Positions 13,328-27,306 are shown, counted from the stretch's first letter. The stretch: DNA of 64,000 nucleotides from Eledone cirrhosa (GCA_964016885.1 OZ024741.1:269700001-269764000); one strand, 5' to 3'. Program-made: numbers and translations. Notes: a model not told the origin generated them from the letters alone.

Positions 13328-13528
13328 TTGTTTTTGTTTTTTGTTTTTAACTTATATATATATAATATTTATTAATTAAAATAACAGATTAAAGTTTAAG
13401 CAAAGAATCACTGCTTTCACCCTTAACGGTTAAGAGTGAAAGCAGCGATTCTTTGCTTAAACTTTAATCTGTTATTTTAATTAATAAATGTTATATATAT
13501 ATAAGTTAAAAACAAAAAACAAAAACAA
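13328..13528. repeat. Near-perfect palindrome with 100-bp arms
   Basis: Centre at 13428; about 3 mismatches. Confidence 0.95.
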
Positions 13529-13588
13529 CGAAGAATGCAGTATAAATAGTGTTAGTACTAGGTTCACGCTTGAGAGTGGGGGTGGGGG

Positions 13589-13620
13589 ACGATGTTTCGA
13601 GCATAAGCCCTTCATCAGGA
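13589..13620 (-). ncRNA. Ultra-minimal hammerhead variant
   Basis: tc-CTGATGA-a-gggc[ttat]gctc-GAAA-ca-TC-gt. Confidence 0.6.
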
Positions 13621-13921
13621 GAAAAGTGGGACGGAAAAGAGTTCCGAAGGTGTGAGGGTGAGTGGTAGAAAGACATTAAAAGAGGGGAAAAACTAATATA
13701 TATATATATATATATATATATTAGTGAGAAAACCACAAACCCTCCATCTCAATTCTACTTTTGCACAAGAACTGCGAAACCGGTAAAGGAACCAAATAAA
13801 TATAATTTAAAAAAAAAAGACCTCAGTTGCATTTTCGATTTCATCTTTTTTTCCTTATACTCTCACTCGTGTAGGACTCCTCGGTTTTTTTTTTCATTTT
13901 GTAAAAAAACCTCACTCTCTA

Positions 13922-13953
<32 letters not shown>

Positions 13954-15757
13954 TGTACAGCTCACGTATTTTGAATCACCAATACGAGACAAAGAAAGCC
14001 TGATCATACTAACATATTTAAATTCAATAGAAAATTAGTATAGTACAATCCAAAGCACAAGTATATTGAAACATATACACTGAACCCCTTTGTACATTAA
14101 AGTGTGTGTATATATAAGAAACGAATATAATGTAGTATACGGAATTCCCGTATGGTTGTTGGCAATGCTTTGTTTCAACAAGTAACCGTCATATTTCATT
14201 TCTGGCGTATTTCTTCGTTTATTGACTTACACGAATATTTTTCTTATATTCTTAAATTCATCAAAACGGCGGTGATTTCACACTCGAAGCTATTTTAAGT
14301 TTTGGCTTTCACGTTTAGTCTTATATTGAAGAAATATTTCTCAAAAGACTCTCGTAGTTGACTTCCTGGTGGCTATATTCCAGTTCTAAAGCTCTGTATC
14401 AAATCTTTATTTTTCTTTCAAAATGTATGTATCTATGTATCTATGTATGTATCTATATATGTATGTATCTATATATGTATATATGTATGTATGTATATAT
14501 GTATATATGTATGTATGTATGTATGTATGTACGTATGTATGTATGTGTTTGTATGTGTGAACCTATGTATTTATGTATGCAAGTATATGTGTTTGTATGT
14601 ATGCATGTATGTAATGTATGAATATATGTATGTATATGTGTGTGTGTGTGTAATGTATGTATATATGTATTTATGTATATGTGAATGTATGTATTTCTGT
14701 ATGTATGTGTGAATGTATGTATTTATGTATGTAAATAAATGTGTATGTATGTGTGTATGTGTGTCCCTGTTATATGTATTTATGTATTTATATATGTATG
14801 CATGTATGTGTGTGTATATAATATATGTATGTATGTAATGTATGTATATATGCATGTATGTGTGTAAGTAAGTATGTATTTATATATGCATTATGTAAGT
14901 ATGTGTGTATACATGTAATGTATGTATGTAATGTATGTAAGTATGTATTTATATATGTATGTAAGTATGTATTTATATATGTATGTATGTAAGTATGTAT
15001 GTATGATTCTATAAATATATAAAGCAGTGTTATTTGAAGGTTATGACAATACAAAATGGACGATAGATTTTGGAATAAATTCAAATAACAAATAGCTTAA
15101 TACTTCAAGCAAATACAACTCCCCTTTATATATATATTATATTATATATATTTAAGTTAACGAGGTACCGTTTAAGTATTTTGAGAATTTGGTTAGTCTA
15201 AACTGTACTTAAAATCGAATGACGCGGCACACTGCGGATAGCGGTGTTTAGGTACACGGAACCAATGAAACATTTGTTGATACTTGGAATAAACCCTACT
15301 GTATAACCGATCCGTGTTATTCTTCACTCCTTTTGACAGCGAAACACCATCCCACTACCCTAGTAAAAAAGAACTGCCTCGACCTTTGCCTGACCGCAGC
15401 TATTCCGCGCGCACGCGCGCCCTACAGCATATTTCATTTGTAGACAAACGGCAGACAACAGAGGCCACGTGTGGCTCCTCTCCGATTAAAAACTTTCCCC
15501 ATCGGAAAACCCCCAGTTGATGGATGCGAAATCCGAAATATAGGGACAATTAAATCACTTCCAACGTAACTTTATCTCGTGTTATAATTTTTACACTCTT
15601 TCCTACGTTCCTCTACACCCTATACGTCACACTTTACATTTCCTCTTACATCTCTCTCATCACCACCTGATTCTGTTTACCCATCTGCATTGTTAAGGCT
15701 TCCAAAACGACCAATTTTATTATTCCACAATGCTTCAAGCAAACTTCAACACTCTCC

Positions 15758-15889
<132 letters not shown>

Positions 15890-16129
15890 CATATATATAT
15901 ATACATATATATATATATAGAGAGAGAGAGTGGTTACACAACAGTTAGTTCACCATACCGAGAACAATTATTTCACCTTAGCGGATCCTCAGCTCGTAAT
16001 GGACATGGTTATACGGAACAGGGAGGACAACTGTATCCTTCTACCTAACTCGTCCTATGGACTGAGTGCTCTACCACTGCGGATATTACCTTCCAGTGTT
16101 CTACACTATATATATATATATATGTATAA

Positions 16130-18300
16130 CTTTAACTTTGATAACTTTGATTAGGTTTCGGCCAGTATTGGCCCAGGCCATGTGTAACTTAATAGCAACA
16201 CCTAGCGAAGTCTTTCAAATCAAGATTTGGACACCATGGCCCATTCAAGTAGAGAGTTATTGTATACTGGCTGGGCTTGATTTAACTCCTTCGACTACAA
16301 CCTTTTGGGTTCTGTCTGTCAGGAAACATTTGATCCACTGTAGTAATCTTCCAGAGACACCAATATTGGATAGTTTTTCAGTAGAATCTTGTGATCAACC
16401 CTCTCAAAGGCCTTGCTGAAATCAAGGTAGATGACGTCAGTGTTGGAGCCCTCTCCCAAAGCTCTCAAAATGCCATCAAAGTGATGAAGCAGCTACGTTA
16501 GGTAGTCCCTTCCATTACAGAACCCAGGTTGGTTGGAGTTCAGCAGTCTGTTGCTTTCAAGAGAGTGGGTTATTCGTGATCTCTCCACCCTCTCAAATAC
16601 CTTGATGATATGAGAGATAAGTGAGATCGGGCTTTTTTCTCTTTTTGAAAACTGGGACAGAAAGTTTTTTGGTATATAGCCAGCATCCAGTTAGTTCCTC
16701 CACAGATTAGCAGAGCGGATGCAAGTTGGTGTCAACACACCGTCAGGACACAAGCAGGGAACATATCGGAGCCTAGTGATTAAATGTAGCAATAAACATC
16801 TTAACAGGCCTATCGGGGTCTACACATTTAATTTCGTTTATTGCTGCTAAGACATCAGGGGCACAAACGTTATGTCCTATATATTGTGTTGAGGATTAAC
16901 ATCACTGATACGACCCAGATCGGCCATATCAGGATTGCTGAAAACAGAGCAGTATTGTTTCTGCAGTATCTCACCCATGGTTTTCGCATCATCTTGGAGA
17001 GTGCCATTTTCATCAATTAGAGGGCCAACAGTGGAGACAGTAACCTTGTGTTTTTTCGCAAATAAAAAGAACACTTTGGGATTGAGTTTGAATTTCTCAA
17101 TGGCGCATTTCTCCTCAGCTGTCCTTTGGTTATTGATGATGATCTTCATGCATTGTTGGAGGTTATATTATTTTTATTCGAGCAGTGCGATAGCCGTCCA
17201 ATGTGTGTGTTGCTGGTGGCAGTATTTTAGTTTGCTAATTTTTTTTATTGTTCTTTTTGTTTTTCTGATAATAGTTTTTCTGTTTTGGGGGATTCTGCAC
17301 TTAGTTTTGTTCACAGCTCTTGATGGGGTGTGTTTTGCACATAAGATTATGACAGTGTGTACAAAGAACTGCCAAAATGTTTTGATGTTGGTGGAGATGT
17401 GTGCGTATGTAAAAGACCATATTGATGTGATAGGTCGTTGATGATTGCATCCCAGTTGGCCTTATAGAGATCCATGTTATCAAAACTTTGTGGGCTGGAG
17501 AGAGGTCACTAGGATTAGCTTTCGGTTGGTGGAATCTCAGGTTACAGAGAACCATGTCATGGTCTGAAAGAGGGGTTTTTTCCACTGTAATTTTATGTAT
17601 AGTGTTAGTGTGGTTACTAAACACTAGGTCCAAAATGTTCTTCTGATATCTTGTTGGTGCAAGCACAAGTTGGGGCAATAAAATTCATTCATAAAGTCGA
17701 GAAGGGACTCTACTGCTTTTTTCTCGGCGGCTGAAGTGGGAGTGCCTGGTTTCAAACTGTTTGTAGACCAATCAACACAAGGTAGATTAAAGTCTCCCCA
17801 TCATAAGTATGTTACTAGAATGGTACTGTTGAATAGAGCACTTAATGCTATTGGGGCATTGTTTAAAGCGCAGTATGTATGTCTGGGGTTGACTATAGAG
17901 CCCAACAACTATCAGGTCATTGGCTTTTTTGTGCACGGTGATTGATTCACAGTAGCCACTGGAGAATGTGATATGTCCATCTGCCGTAAAGGAATCATCC
18001 AGGAAATGGCAGTTCCAACCTTCCTTTTGTCGACACGATCCACGCGGATGGTTGTGAAATTCTTCACTTTCACTTCGGCTTCCAAGTGGGAGTTGTCAAT
18101 GTGGGTCTCAGTAAGAATGAAGAAAAGGATGTGGTGTGAATGGTTACCAACCCAATCCTCAATGAATTGGTCCTTCCATTTTTGTGCATTGATGGAAGGG
18201 CTGAGACCTTTTGCATTGAGTAGAAATGGGGAGGCTAGTTTAGTGGCTGGTTTTTTACTGTTGCAGGGGCCTTGTTTTGTGTTTGTGTGTTAGTAACAGG
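16130..18300 (-). mobile_element. CR1-clade LINE remnant (APE endonuclease plus N-terminal RT)
   Basis: PTRYQKNILDLVFSN..LSDHDMV; NPKVFFLF..VGPLIDENG; PISLISHIIKVFERV; DVIYLDFSKAF; frameshifted. Confidence 0.85.
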
Positions 18301-18467
18301 AATGTGGGGAGTTGGTGCACTAGGGTAATAGCATATATTCGTTATACAAGGATGCAATTCACTTCTAGCACTCAACGTCATAATACTTCCTAAAAACAAG
18401 GATGACGGAGTATATTAATAAAGAGGAAAATGCGAAGTTGAAGATGTTAGGGTCCTTTATTATTTAA

Positions 18468-18518
18468 GCCGTTATACGTATTTCAATGACGTGAGATATC
18501 AGGAATTCTTCAGACAGC
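18468..18518 (-). ncRNA. Type I hammerhead ribozyme (stem II decayed)
   Basis: gctgt-CTGAAGA-..-GAAA-tacgta-TA-acggc. Confidence 0.7.
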
Positions 18519-18790
18519 AAAAAATGATTAAAAGGTAACATTTCCGAGGCAATTTTAGGTGGAAGGGAGCGAACTAAAAAAAATGTATATATGTTTATGC
18601 TTTGAGTGCCCGCTCTCTTCTAATTTTCAAGATATCCCGTCAGCCGTGTTTAGTCACGGGTTGAGGGTGGCTGACCACTCAACTACAACCGAGAATACCA
18701 CCAACCTTATTTCTTCTCTCTAGCTGCCAATCCCCCTACACCATCTTGCTTTTAGGACAGAACAAAGGAGAGACACAAAATAAAAACCCA

Positions 18791-18833
18791 GTCATTGAGG
18801 AAGTCACAGAATGTGTGACGAAAGAGCTTTGAC
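18791..18833 (+). ncRNA. Hammerhead-like variant (same family as 195-237)
   Basis: gtca-TTGAGGA-a-gtcac..gtgac-GAAA-gagc-TT-tgac. Confidence 0.55.
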
Positions 18834-19050
18834 AATATATAAACAATTTTCTGGTCATCGAACCAACCAACAAACTGGAAATTTACAATAAATTGAAGTG
18901 AAAAACCAACAGGTACGTGAGTTTTTATTGGGTAGCATGACCTTCCCTAAGTATAACGATATCTGTTTTATAATCTGTTTTCAGATAAGAAACTTTGCAA
19001 AACAAATTCAAAAACGAAGTATATATATACATATATATTTATATACATAC

Positions 19051-19355
<305 letters not shown>

Positions 19356-19490
19356 TTATATTCATCCTTTTTATATTCATCCTTTCTACATTTTCTCCGG
19401 AATATAATTTATACTCGTTGAGCAAACCTGCACGTACGCTGTTCATCTCTAACGTAACGATATATTATCACTACATTATTGATAACCTGA

Positions 19491-19558
<68 letters not shown>

Positions 19559-19639
19559 CGTATATATATACTCGTACATAATTTATTTATATATATATGT
19601 GAATGTATATATCTGTGTATATATATGTGTGTATATATA

Positions 19640-19798
19640 TGTGTGGGAGCCCCTGCATGGACACACTAGAAAAGGGAGACCGAGGTTGACATATGTTCAT
19701 GCCTTAAGGACAGGCACCGGTCTCTTGGAGACGCAAGACATGGCAGCAATGATGAGGGACAGAGACCAGTGGAGAGAACTCGTCCATGGATCTCGGGA
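19640..19798 (+). mobile_element. RTE-like LINE extreme 3' fragment
   Basis: [29 protein letters not shown]. Confidence 0.7.
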
Positions 19799-19944
19799 AT
19801 TTTACCCGCCCTATATATATATGAAAAGATTCAGGACCCCGACGGCTGAGCTCCGGCCGTTTCGACTGTTAGATATTATCCACTCTACTATCGAGTACTC
19901 TGGTGCGTTATGGTCCAACTGGTATACTACCACATCCTCTTTGT

Positions 19945-19946
<2 letters not shown>
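19799..19946. mobile_element. About 150-bp (AT)n-associated element with a hammerhead 3' half; inverted second copy at 25134-25291
   Basis: End-to-end similarity of the two copies; GAAA-cggc..gagctc..gccg-TC. Confidence 0.75.
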
Positions 19947-20005
<59 letters not shown>

Positions 20006-20013
<8 letters not shown>

Positions 20014-20205
20014 ACGTACATACATATATGTATAAAGACGTACAGTAGTATGTATATATATACATACATGCACACATATATATATATACATGTACGTATG
20101 GGTTTACCGTAAAATTTATTATAATGTTCGGTTTGTTCGTAAACAAACAGCCCGAATTAAGCCGTACAGTGTTCGGCAACCATCCTCGCCCTTTTGTTCA
20201 ACACT
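20006..20205 (-). mobile_element. Partial copy of the 429-bp retrozyme-like unit
   Basis: Matches 33378-33572. Confidence 0.85.
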
Positions 20206-20220
20206 ATGTATATATATTTA

Positions 20221-20293
<73 letters not shown>

Positions 20294-20359
20294 ATAAATA
20301 AATATACATATATAAATATATATATATATATGAATATGCAAATGAATATGTAAATAATT

Positions 20360-22655
20360 GAAAAACAACCGTTTATTTAAACGACTATGGAAAGAGAGAA
20401 GAGATAGGAGGAGAGGATAAAATAGTGCTAGAGAGAGAGAAGAAAGAAAACAAGAGAGGGTGATTAAAACTCATATAACGTTAATTTGAGGGAAATATAT
20501 TCTAAGTACTTGTATTTAATAGTACGTGTATTTACAATTATTAGTTGTTTAAAATTTGTTTATAATATAATATTTTTCTTCTGTTTTAAGTAGATAAATA
20601 AATAAATAAATAAATACATAAATAAATAAATACATAAATAAATTAAATAAATAAATAAATAAATAAATACATAAATAAAAATAGATGGGTATATCATGTT
20701 ATAGATAATTTTTTCTAATGAGTTATGAGGGATTTGGGTTTTGTATTTAATGTAAATAAATATTAAGTTGAATTAAATTAAAATGGGAATATACGGAAAA
20801 AACTCCGGTTTAATTTATTTATTCGTTAGTGTGAGATTATTTAGTTAAAATAAGTATAGATGTTGAAAGATACATTTAGCCAGAATCAGTTAGTGGTTAT
20901 AAATCTATTGAAAAGTATTGAAAAAATATTGATACAGTATTAAAAAATATTAAAAATTTGAGAAATTTTTTTAAAAATAATTCATAAGAGATAAGTAATT
21001 TTAAAGAAATAAAAATGAAAGAAATAAAAATAAAGAAATAAAAATCATTAAAATTAAAATTAAAATTAAAATGAAAATTTTTTTTAAAAATTAGAATTAT
21101 ATACGTATATATTTTATGAAATTTTACGAAGTGGAATTATAGCAAATGTTATAGATATTATGATTTAAAGATATCAATATATTAAAACCAAGTGGATGAG
21201 ATTGTTATGGAAATAAGTAGAAATATTATAGATATAATTTATAAGTTATATATAGTTCTGAATGTTGAATTCAGGCGATGTCTACAAGAATTAAATAAAT
21301 TCGTTCTTAGATTAATAGAGTTTTTACATTTAAGTATGAAAAAAATTTCCTCAAAAATACACAATTTGCAGAATCTAGATAAAGCTGTGTTACGGTACGC
21401 GGGTACTTATGAAACTATTTCCCAAGCTAATGAATAGTCCATATTCTTGCATTTTAAGTTCCATATCCGGTTTGAAAGAGAAGTTGAAGATTTTTTATCA
21501 AATCTTCGGAAAGAGCATTTGTGATTATTTCAGCGACTTTTAAATTCTGTAGAAGTTGCACCGACATAGTTAAATATATTATCACTAGTTTTAAATGTAC
21601 ATTTATAGACAACGTTTTTATCTAAACACTTATTTTGTAAAGGACAGTTTGATTTAATTCTACAGTTACATTTGTTGTTGTTCGGAACGGTACTATTATG
21701 TTGGATATTGCTAGAGATATTACTGCTATTTTGGTTATTGTTTAAATTTCTATTATTAATTCTATTTATATGTTGTGTTATGTTCATAGTAGTAGAGTAG
21801 GATAGTTTTATAGTATGTCTGTTAAAGATTGAGTGGTATCTGTGGGCTTTAGAAAAACATTTATCTAGTGCTTTAAAGAATAGCTTTGCTAAAGGTGTTT
21901 TTACGCTTAATGAGAATGGGTGTGAATACCAAATAATTGTTTCTACTTTAGGCACAATGCCAGCAATTACCCAGTGCATTACTGGTACTTTATTTTATCG
22001 ACCCCGTAAGGATGAAAGGCAAAGTCAACTTCGGAGGGATTTGAACTTAGATCGTAAAGGGACGTAACTATGCTGGAAAGCATGGTGTCTGACCCTCTAC
22101 CGATACAGCCAATCCAACCAAATAATATTTCTAGTTCTAGTTCTTCTGTTAGTTTTAGAGTTTAAGTTAAATTTTTTATTATTATTATTACAATTAATAG
22201 TAGGGTTATTTGCCTTATTACTGTTGTCGATGTATTTAATCCTATTTATATTCCCTGCTCTATTTAAAGCTTCATTATAATATTCTGCCTTATCGTCAAA
22301 CATGTTTTTATTAGCGGAGATGCGTGAAATCCGTTGTTGGACAGAATTGACAATAGTGTTCTTGATAGATCTAGGATGGTTAGAGTTAAAACTTACATAG
22401 TTTAGATTCTCATTAATTTTATGGAATGGATAGTAGAACCCTGTGGTAAGGTTTGATGTTACGTCTAAAAAGTAAAAAATGTTATAGTTATTCTCTATTT
22501 CTAACTTAAGGTTGTAACTATTGAAGAATTGTATTATGGATTTTCTTTTCTTATTAATTTCACAATTACTATGATTTTCAATTAAAAGCAGCATATCATC
22601 ACGATATAAACCACCGGTCATCTCTGGTATTTTTCTATGCAGTGTATTATAAATA
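20360..22655 (-). mobile_element. Penelope-like element (Naiad-type): RT thumb plus GIY-YIG, pseudogenised
   Basis: GGLYRDD, SNHP, CNCRIKSNCPLQNKCL..VVYKC..YVG..FKSR, CKLCIFE..SCRH; interrupted by a SINE. Confidence 0.85.
21938..22116 (-). mobile_element. SINE inserted in the Penelope ORF with a 10-bp TSD
   Basis: accaaataat at 21928-21937 and 22117-22126. Confidence 0.9.
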
Positions 22656-22698
22656 AATAGCCCTACAAGATCCGTTATATGTGTGTGTGTGTGTGTGT

Positions 22699-22758
<60 letters not shown>

Positions 22759-22773
22759 ATATATATATATTTA

Positions 22774-22813
<40 letters not shown>

Positions 22814-22861
22814 TATATATATATATACATATATAAATATATATATATAAATACACACACA

Positions 22862-24684
22862 CAGGAAAAGGTATGACCTCGACGGCAGAGCTCAAGCTGT
22901 TTCGACGGCTATTTCTGTACTAAATTAGAATTTTTAGCCTGGTAAATAAATAGCCGAACTTGTCAAGGGGTACTTCCATATATGGGAAGATTGTAGTTGT
23001 CAAGGGATTGGTCAAAATTTGTTGTAAACACAAATAAATCTATCATGGCATTTGGTGGGAGGTAGGGGTGGCTGAACTTGCCTGTAGAACAATGAGGGAG
23101 TGAGTAAAGCCAGTCAGGCGTTGAAAGTGAAATCTATACAGAAGATTCTAAGGATAGTGTATGAAAAGTCGAAAAATTGTTTTGGAGAAAAAGGAGGAGG
23201 GGAGTTTATAGAATAGGTAGGTCAAATGAGAGTAGGAGACAATGAAAATAAAAAATATATGTAAAAAATTAGATAGTGAGTAATGAATAAAAAACAAAAA
23301 CAGTAGAGTCTAGAAACAGCTGCTATAATTAGTAGGTGTTGCTTATACAGCGAAGCTATAGAAAAGTTTCATAAGTTGAGAATGGAAAATACTAAATAAG
23401 AAATAGTGGAAGTGGGTAGGGAAAAATATAATGCAAACTTTTCAGAGGGTCTAACACAGCTGCTATAAATAGTTAGTAAAGCGTAGTCCGCCAATGCTAT
23501 CTTACAATTACAGGTAAATAAGTTGAGGATAGAAAATACTAAATAAGTAATTTTGAAATTGTCGAATTGGAGTAGTAACAAAAAAGAGATACAAAATAAC
23601 AGGGGTCTAACACATCTGCTATAAATAGTTAGTAAAGCGTAATCGGCCAATTCTATCTTAAAATTACAGGGGTGGGGGTACTGAGGCTACAGAGGACCAA
23701 TGGGCTGCATCGGGGTAGGCGAAAGGGGAAAAACAGACGAGGAAGAAGATCGGGGGTGGAAGGAAGTGATAGGATGAGACGGGAGGAAGAAAAAAACATA
23801 GAGGAAAAGAAAAGAGGTACGTCTACCTATGTAAGCTGGGGTTTCCCCTTACCTATTCGGCAAGTGGGGGTATCAGCCCTTGTCTACCAATCCGGGTCGT
23901 TATGGGGTTTGAGGGCGTGGTAAGTCCTACGCAATCTGTGTTTGCATGCGGTTACCAGTTCGTCTTTCTTGTTTAGGAGTTGGTCCTTCGAAAACAGCAT
24001 TTGTAATGTTTCCTTCAAGCATAAGTTACACGACGGCTTCCTCCCGTGTAAGAGTTAGCTCTAGACAGTAAGCTCCGCGTGAGATTGTAGGTTATATTAT
24101 TATCTTTGAGGTCCCAGGTGTGACCCGAAAGTGTAGAGTCATGTCGCCGGACCGGGTTTCGGAAAGTATGTCGGTGTTGGTAGAGCCGGGTCTTGAAGTC
24201 ACAAGCGGTTAATCCTATATAAGATTTGTTGGAGGTGTCCGTCCTCACGTTGCACTGGTAGATCACGTTACGTTCTCGGCATCTGTTGTTGAGGGGGAAC
24301 ATAGATCTATCAGGGCAGTTACACCTCCTGGTCGGCTCTCCACTGATGTCTAGGTTGTTTCGTCCATAAAGGACGCCGTCCGTGTAACTTATGCTCGGAG
24401 GAAACATTACTAATGCTGTTTTCGAAGTACCAACTCCTAAAGAAGAAAGACGAACTGGTAACCGCATGCAAACACAGATTGCGTAGGACTTACTTCACCC
24501 TCAAACCCGATAACGACCCGGTGGGTAGACAAGGGCTGATACCCCCCACTTGCCGAATAGGTAAGGGGAAACCCCAGCTTACATAGGTAGACGTACCTCT
24601 TTTTTTCCTCTGTTTTCTTCTTCCCCCGTCTCATCCTATCACTTCCTTCCACACCCGATCATTTTCCTCGTCTGTTTTCCCCTT

Positions 24685-24690
<6 letters not shown>
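22862..24690 (-). mobile_element. Penelope-like element 3' part: GIY-YIG fragment, 3'UTR, hammerhead and 5' inverted duplication
   Basis: CNC..PLNNRC..VIYQC..YIGLTACDFKTR..CNLC..ACKH; 23719-24014 is inverted at 24399-24690. Confidence 0.8.
22876..22971 (-). ncRNA. Hammerhead variant with U3-A8 core and long stem II
   Basis: acccc-TTGACAA-g..cggctattt/aaatagccg..c-GAAA-cagc[ttgagctct]gccg-TC-gaggt. Confidence 0.7.
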
Positions 24691-24724
<34 letters not shown>

Positions 24725-24920
24725 ATATTTGTTGTGAAAGAGTCATTTCTCAATCTTGGCGCAAAACCAATTTTTTATTCACATGACCTCTACCGACCAA
24801 TCAAAATTGTTTTGACCACAAGAATTGTTGCTGGAGCCACTTTTTTAACATAAAAACAGGTAGAATTCCCAAAACTAATCAGATCAGAGCAAACAGCACA
24901 GACACTCGATCACAAAATTA

Positions 24921-24957
24921 TTTTTGAAAAGCATTTAGAAATGCGCAACCGGTAAAA
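24921..24957 (+). ncRNA. Hammerhead variant (U3-A8 core, GAAA mutated to GCAA) in pLTR-like element 24725-25080
   Basis: ttt-TTGAAAA-gcattt[ag]aaatgc-GCAA-ccgg-TA-aaa; upstream sequence homologous to 12990-13135. Confidence 0.55.
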
Positions 24958-25075
24958 ACTTAAAAACTTAAAACCACAACTGAATACTAACCCATACAAT
25001 CACTAATACTCTTTTATTCCTAATTAAACCATTTTTCAACTGTGAACAATTTGTCAGCATTTTCTATTCCGTTTA

Positions 25076-25136
<61 letters not shown>

Positions 25137-25649
25137 CAAAGAGGATGCGGTAAGATACTAGGTGGACCATAACGCACCAGAGTACTCGATAGTAGAGTGG
25201 ATAATATCTAGCAGACGAAACGGCCGGAGCTCAGCCGTCGGAGTCCTGAATATTTTCATATACATATATATATACATAGGGCAAGTAAAATATATATATA
25301 AACATACGTGTGTGGGTGTATAAGGTTTGTTGTATTTGTATTTATGTGTATATTCGTGTGAAGCTCGGTACGTATGTTACCATATATGGCTGTATATAGA
25401 TAAGAGTGATATTTTGGTATTTTCCGTCTTTTAGCAGTGAATGGTTACAGACTTTAGCACCTGGGACCCGTTTGCTCAACTTACGGAGAGATGGGAGTGT
25501 GAGAGAGATTGAGGTGGTGACAGTGGGAGTTCGGTTGTTCTTTCATGTTTAATTAGGTTACTATTTTCTATTGTAACAGACTAAACACTTACATCTTTCA
25601 GGTAACCAGACTACAATTCTAGTCTGGTTCAAACATAAATAAAAGTATT

Positions 25650-25960
25650 TTCATAAACACACCTTAACTATATGTCCCAAGTAAACATGAAAGAACAGCT
25701 GAACCTCCACTGTTATCGCCTCCATCTCTCTCGCCCTCGCCATCTCTCTGTATGGTGAGCAAATGGGGTCCCACGTGTTGGCGACCCCACAGTCCCGGCG
25801 GACAGAATGGAGAAGGTGTTTCCCTGGAGGATGGTAAGGGAGATGCGCTGGAAGAGCCATTCCAACTCGCGAGGCTCACACCTGCGGCTGGCCAGCACAG
25901 CGCCTATGGTGGTGAGTAGGGAGGCAGCCCTAGGGCCAAGGACACCAGAAGTCTCCAAAG
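25650..25960 (-). mobile_element. CRE/REL-type non-LTR retrotransposon 3' end
   Basis: ETSGVLGPRA..WLFQRISLTILQGN; another fragment at 40190-40290. Confidence 0.75.
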
Positions 25961-26152
25961 ACTTCCTGGGACCACGATTGTTTCAAAATATTCTTACCTA
26001 CACCAATTCCTAGGACCACTATTGTTTCAAGATATTCTCACCTACACCAACAATTCCTTATTTCCATTTCATCTCATTCTTTTGTATTTTTTATATTTTT
26101 ATTTTCGTTGTTTTTTTTTTGTTTTTGCGTGTTTATTTATTTGTTTTTATTT

Positions 26153-26197
<45 letters not shown>

Positions 26198-26254
26198 AAT
26201 GTCTTGGAAATCAAAAGGAAAATCGTAAATGTCAGCGTCTGACAGAGACGAACG

Positions 26255-26886
26255 GATGGACATAAACACACACATACACACTTACATATACACACTTACA
26301 TACACTTACATAGACACACTTAAATATACACACTTACATATACATACACATGCACACTTACATACACACACACATACACACTTACATAGACACACACATA
26401 CACACATATACGCACACCCACAGATAGACACACGGACAGAAACATACATATACACACACACACAGATAGACAAATGGACAGATACACACATATACATACA
26501 CATAGATAGACACACGGACATATACAGACATATACATACACATAGATAGACACACGGACATATACAGACATATACATACACACACACAGATAGATAGACA
26601 CACAGACATGTACACACATATACATACACACGCACACACGGACACATACACACATATAAACACCCACATATAGACAAACGGATAGATACATACATATACA
26701 TACACACACAGAGAGATAGACACACGCAGACATACACACATATACATACACACACAGAGAGATAGAGAAAGAGAAAGATAGAAAGAAAGGATGACCGAAG
26801 AAAATAAAGAAAAAGAGAACGAGGAGATCACACATATAAATGCACACACAGATATATACATGCACACACACATATGCATCCACATC

Positions 26887-26919
<33 letters not shown>

Positions 26920-27049
26920 GCACAAACACACATATATAAATGCATACAAACATATATAGATGCACACGCACAAATACATATATATAAGCATACACATATA
27001 TACAAATGCACATACACACATGTACGTGTGTATGTATATGTATATATAT

Positions 27050-27092
<43 letters not shown>

Positions 27093-27176
27093 CATATATA
27101 TATAGAGAGAGAGATATATAGAGATAGATATATATGTAGATAGATAGATAGATAGATATATCTACATGTATATATC

Positions 27177-27213
<37 letters not shown>

Positions 27214-27244
27214 CTACATATATCTATATCTATATATATCTACA

Positions 27245-27306
<62 letters not shown>

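Larger units (their letters stand above)
12887..13920. mobile_element. Nested pLTR-like elements with inverted repeats (12887-13015 vs 13725-13857)
   Basis: Visible inverted copy; encloses a 200-bp hairpin and another hammerhead element. Confidence 0.75.

Noticed and set aside
21530-21532. In-frame TGA in a Naiad-type GIY-YIG (possible selenocysteine)
   Set aside because: It falls at the aromatic position of FKxR(W/Y)xNH rather than at a Cys, a TAA stop follows downstream, and no SECIS was recognised; likely TGG-to-TGA decay.
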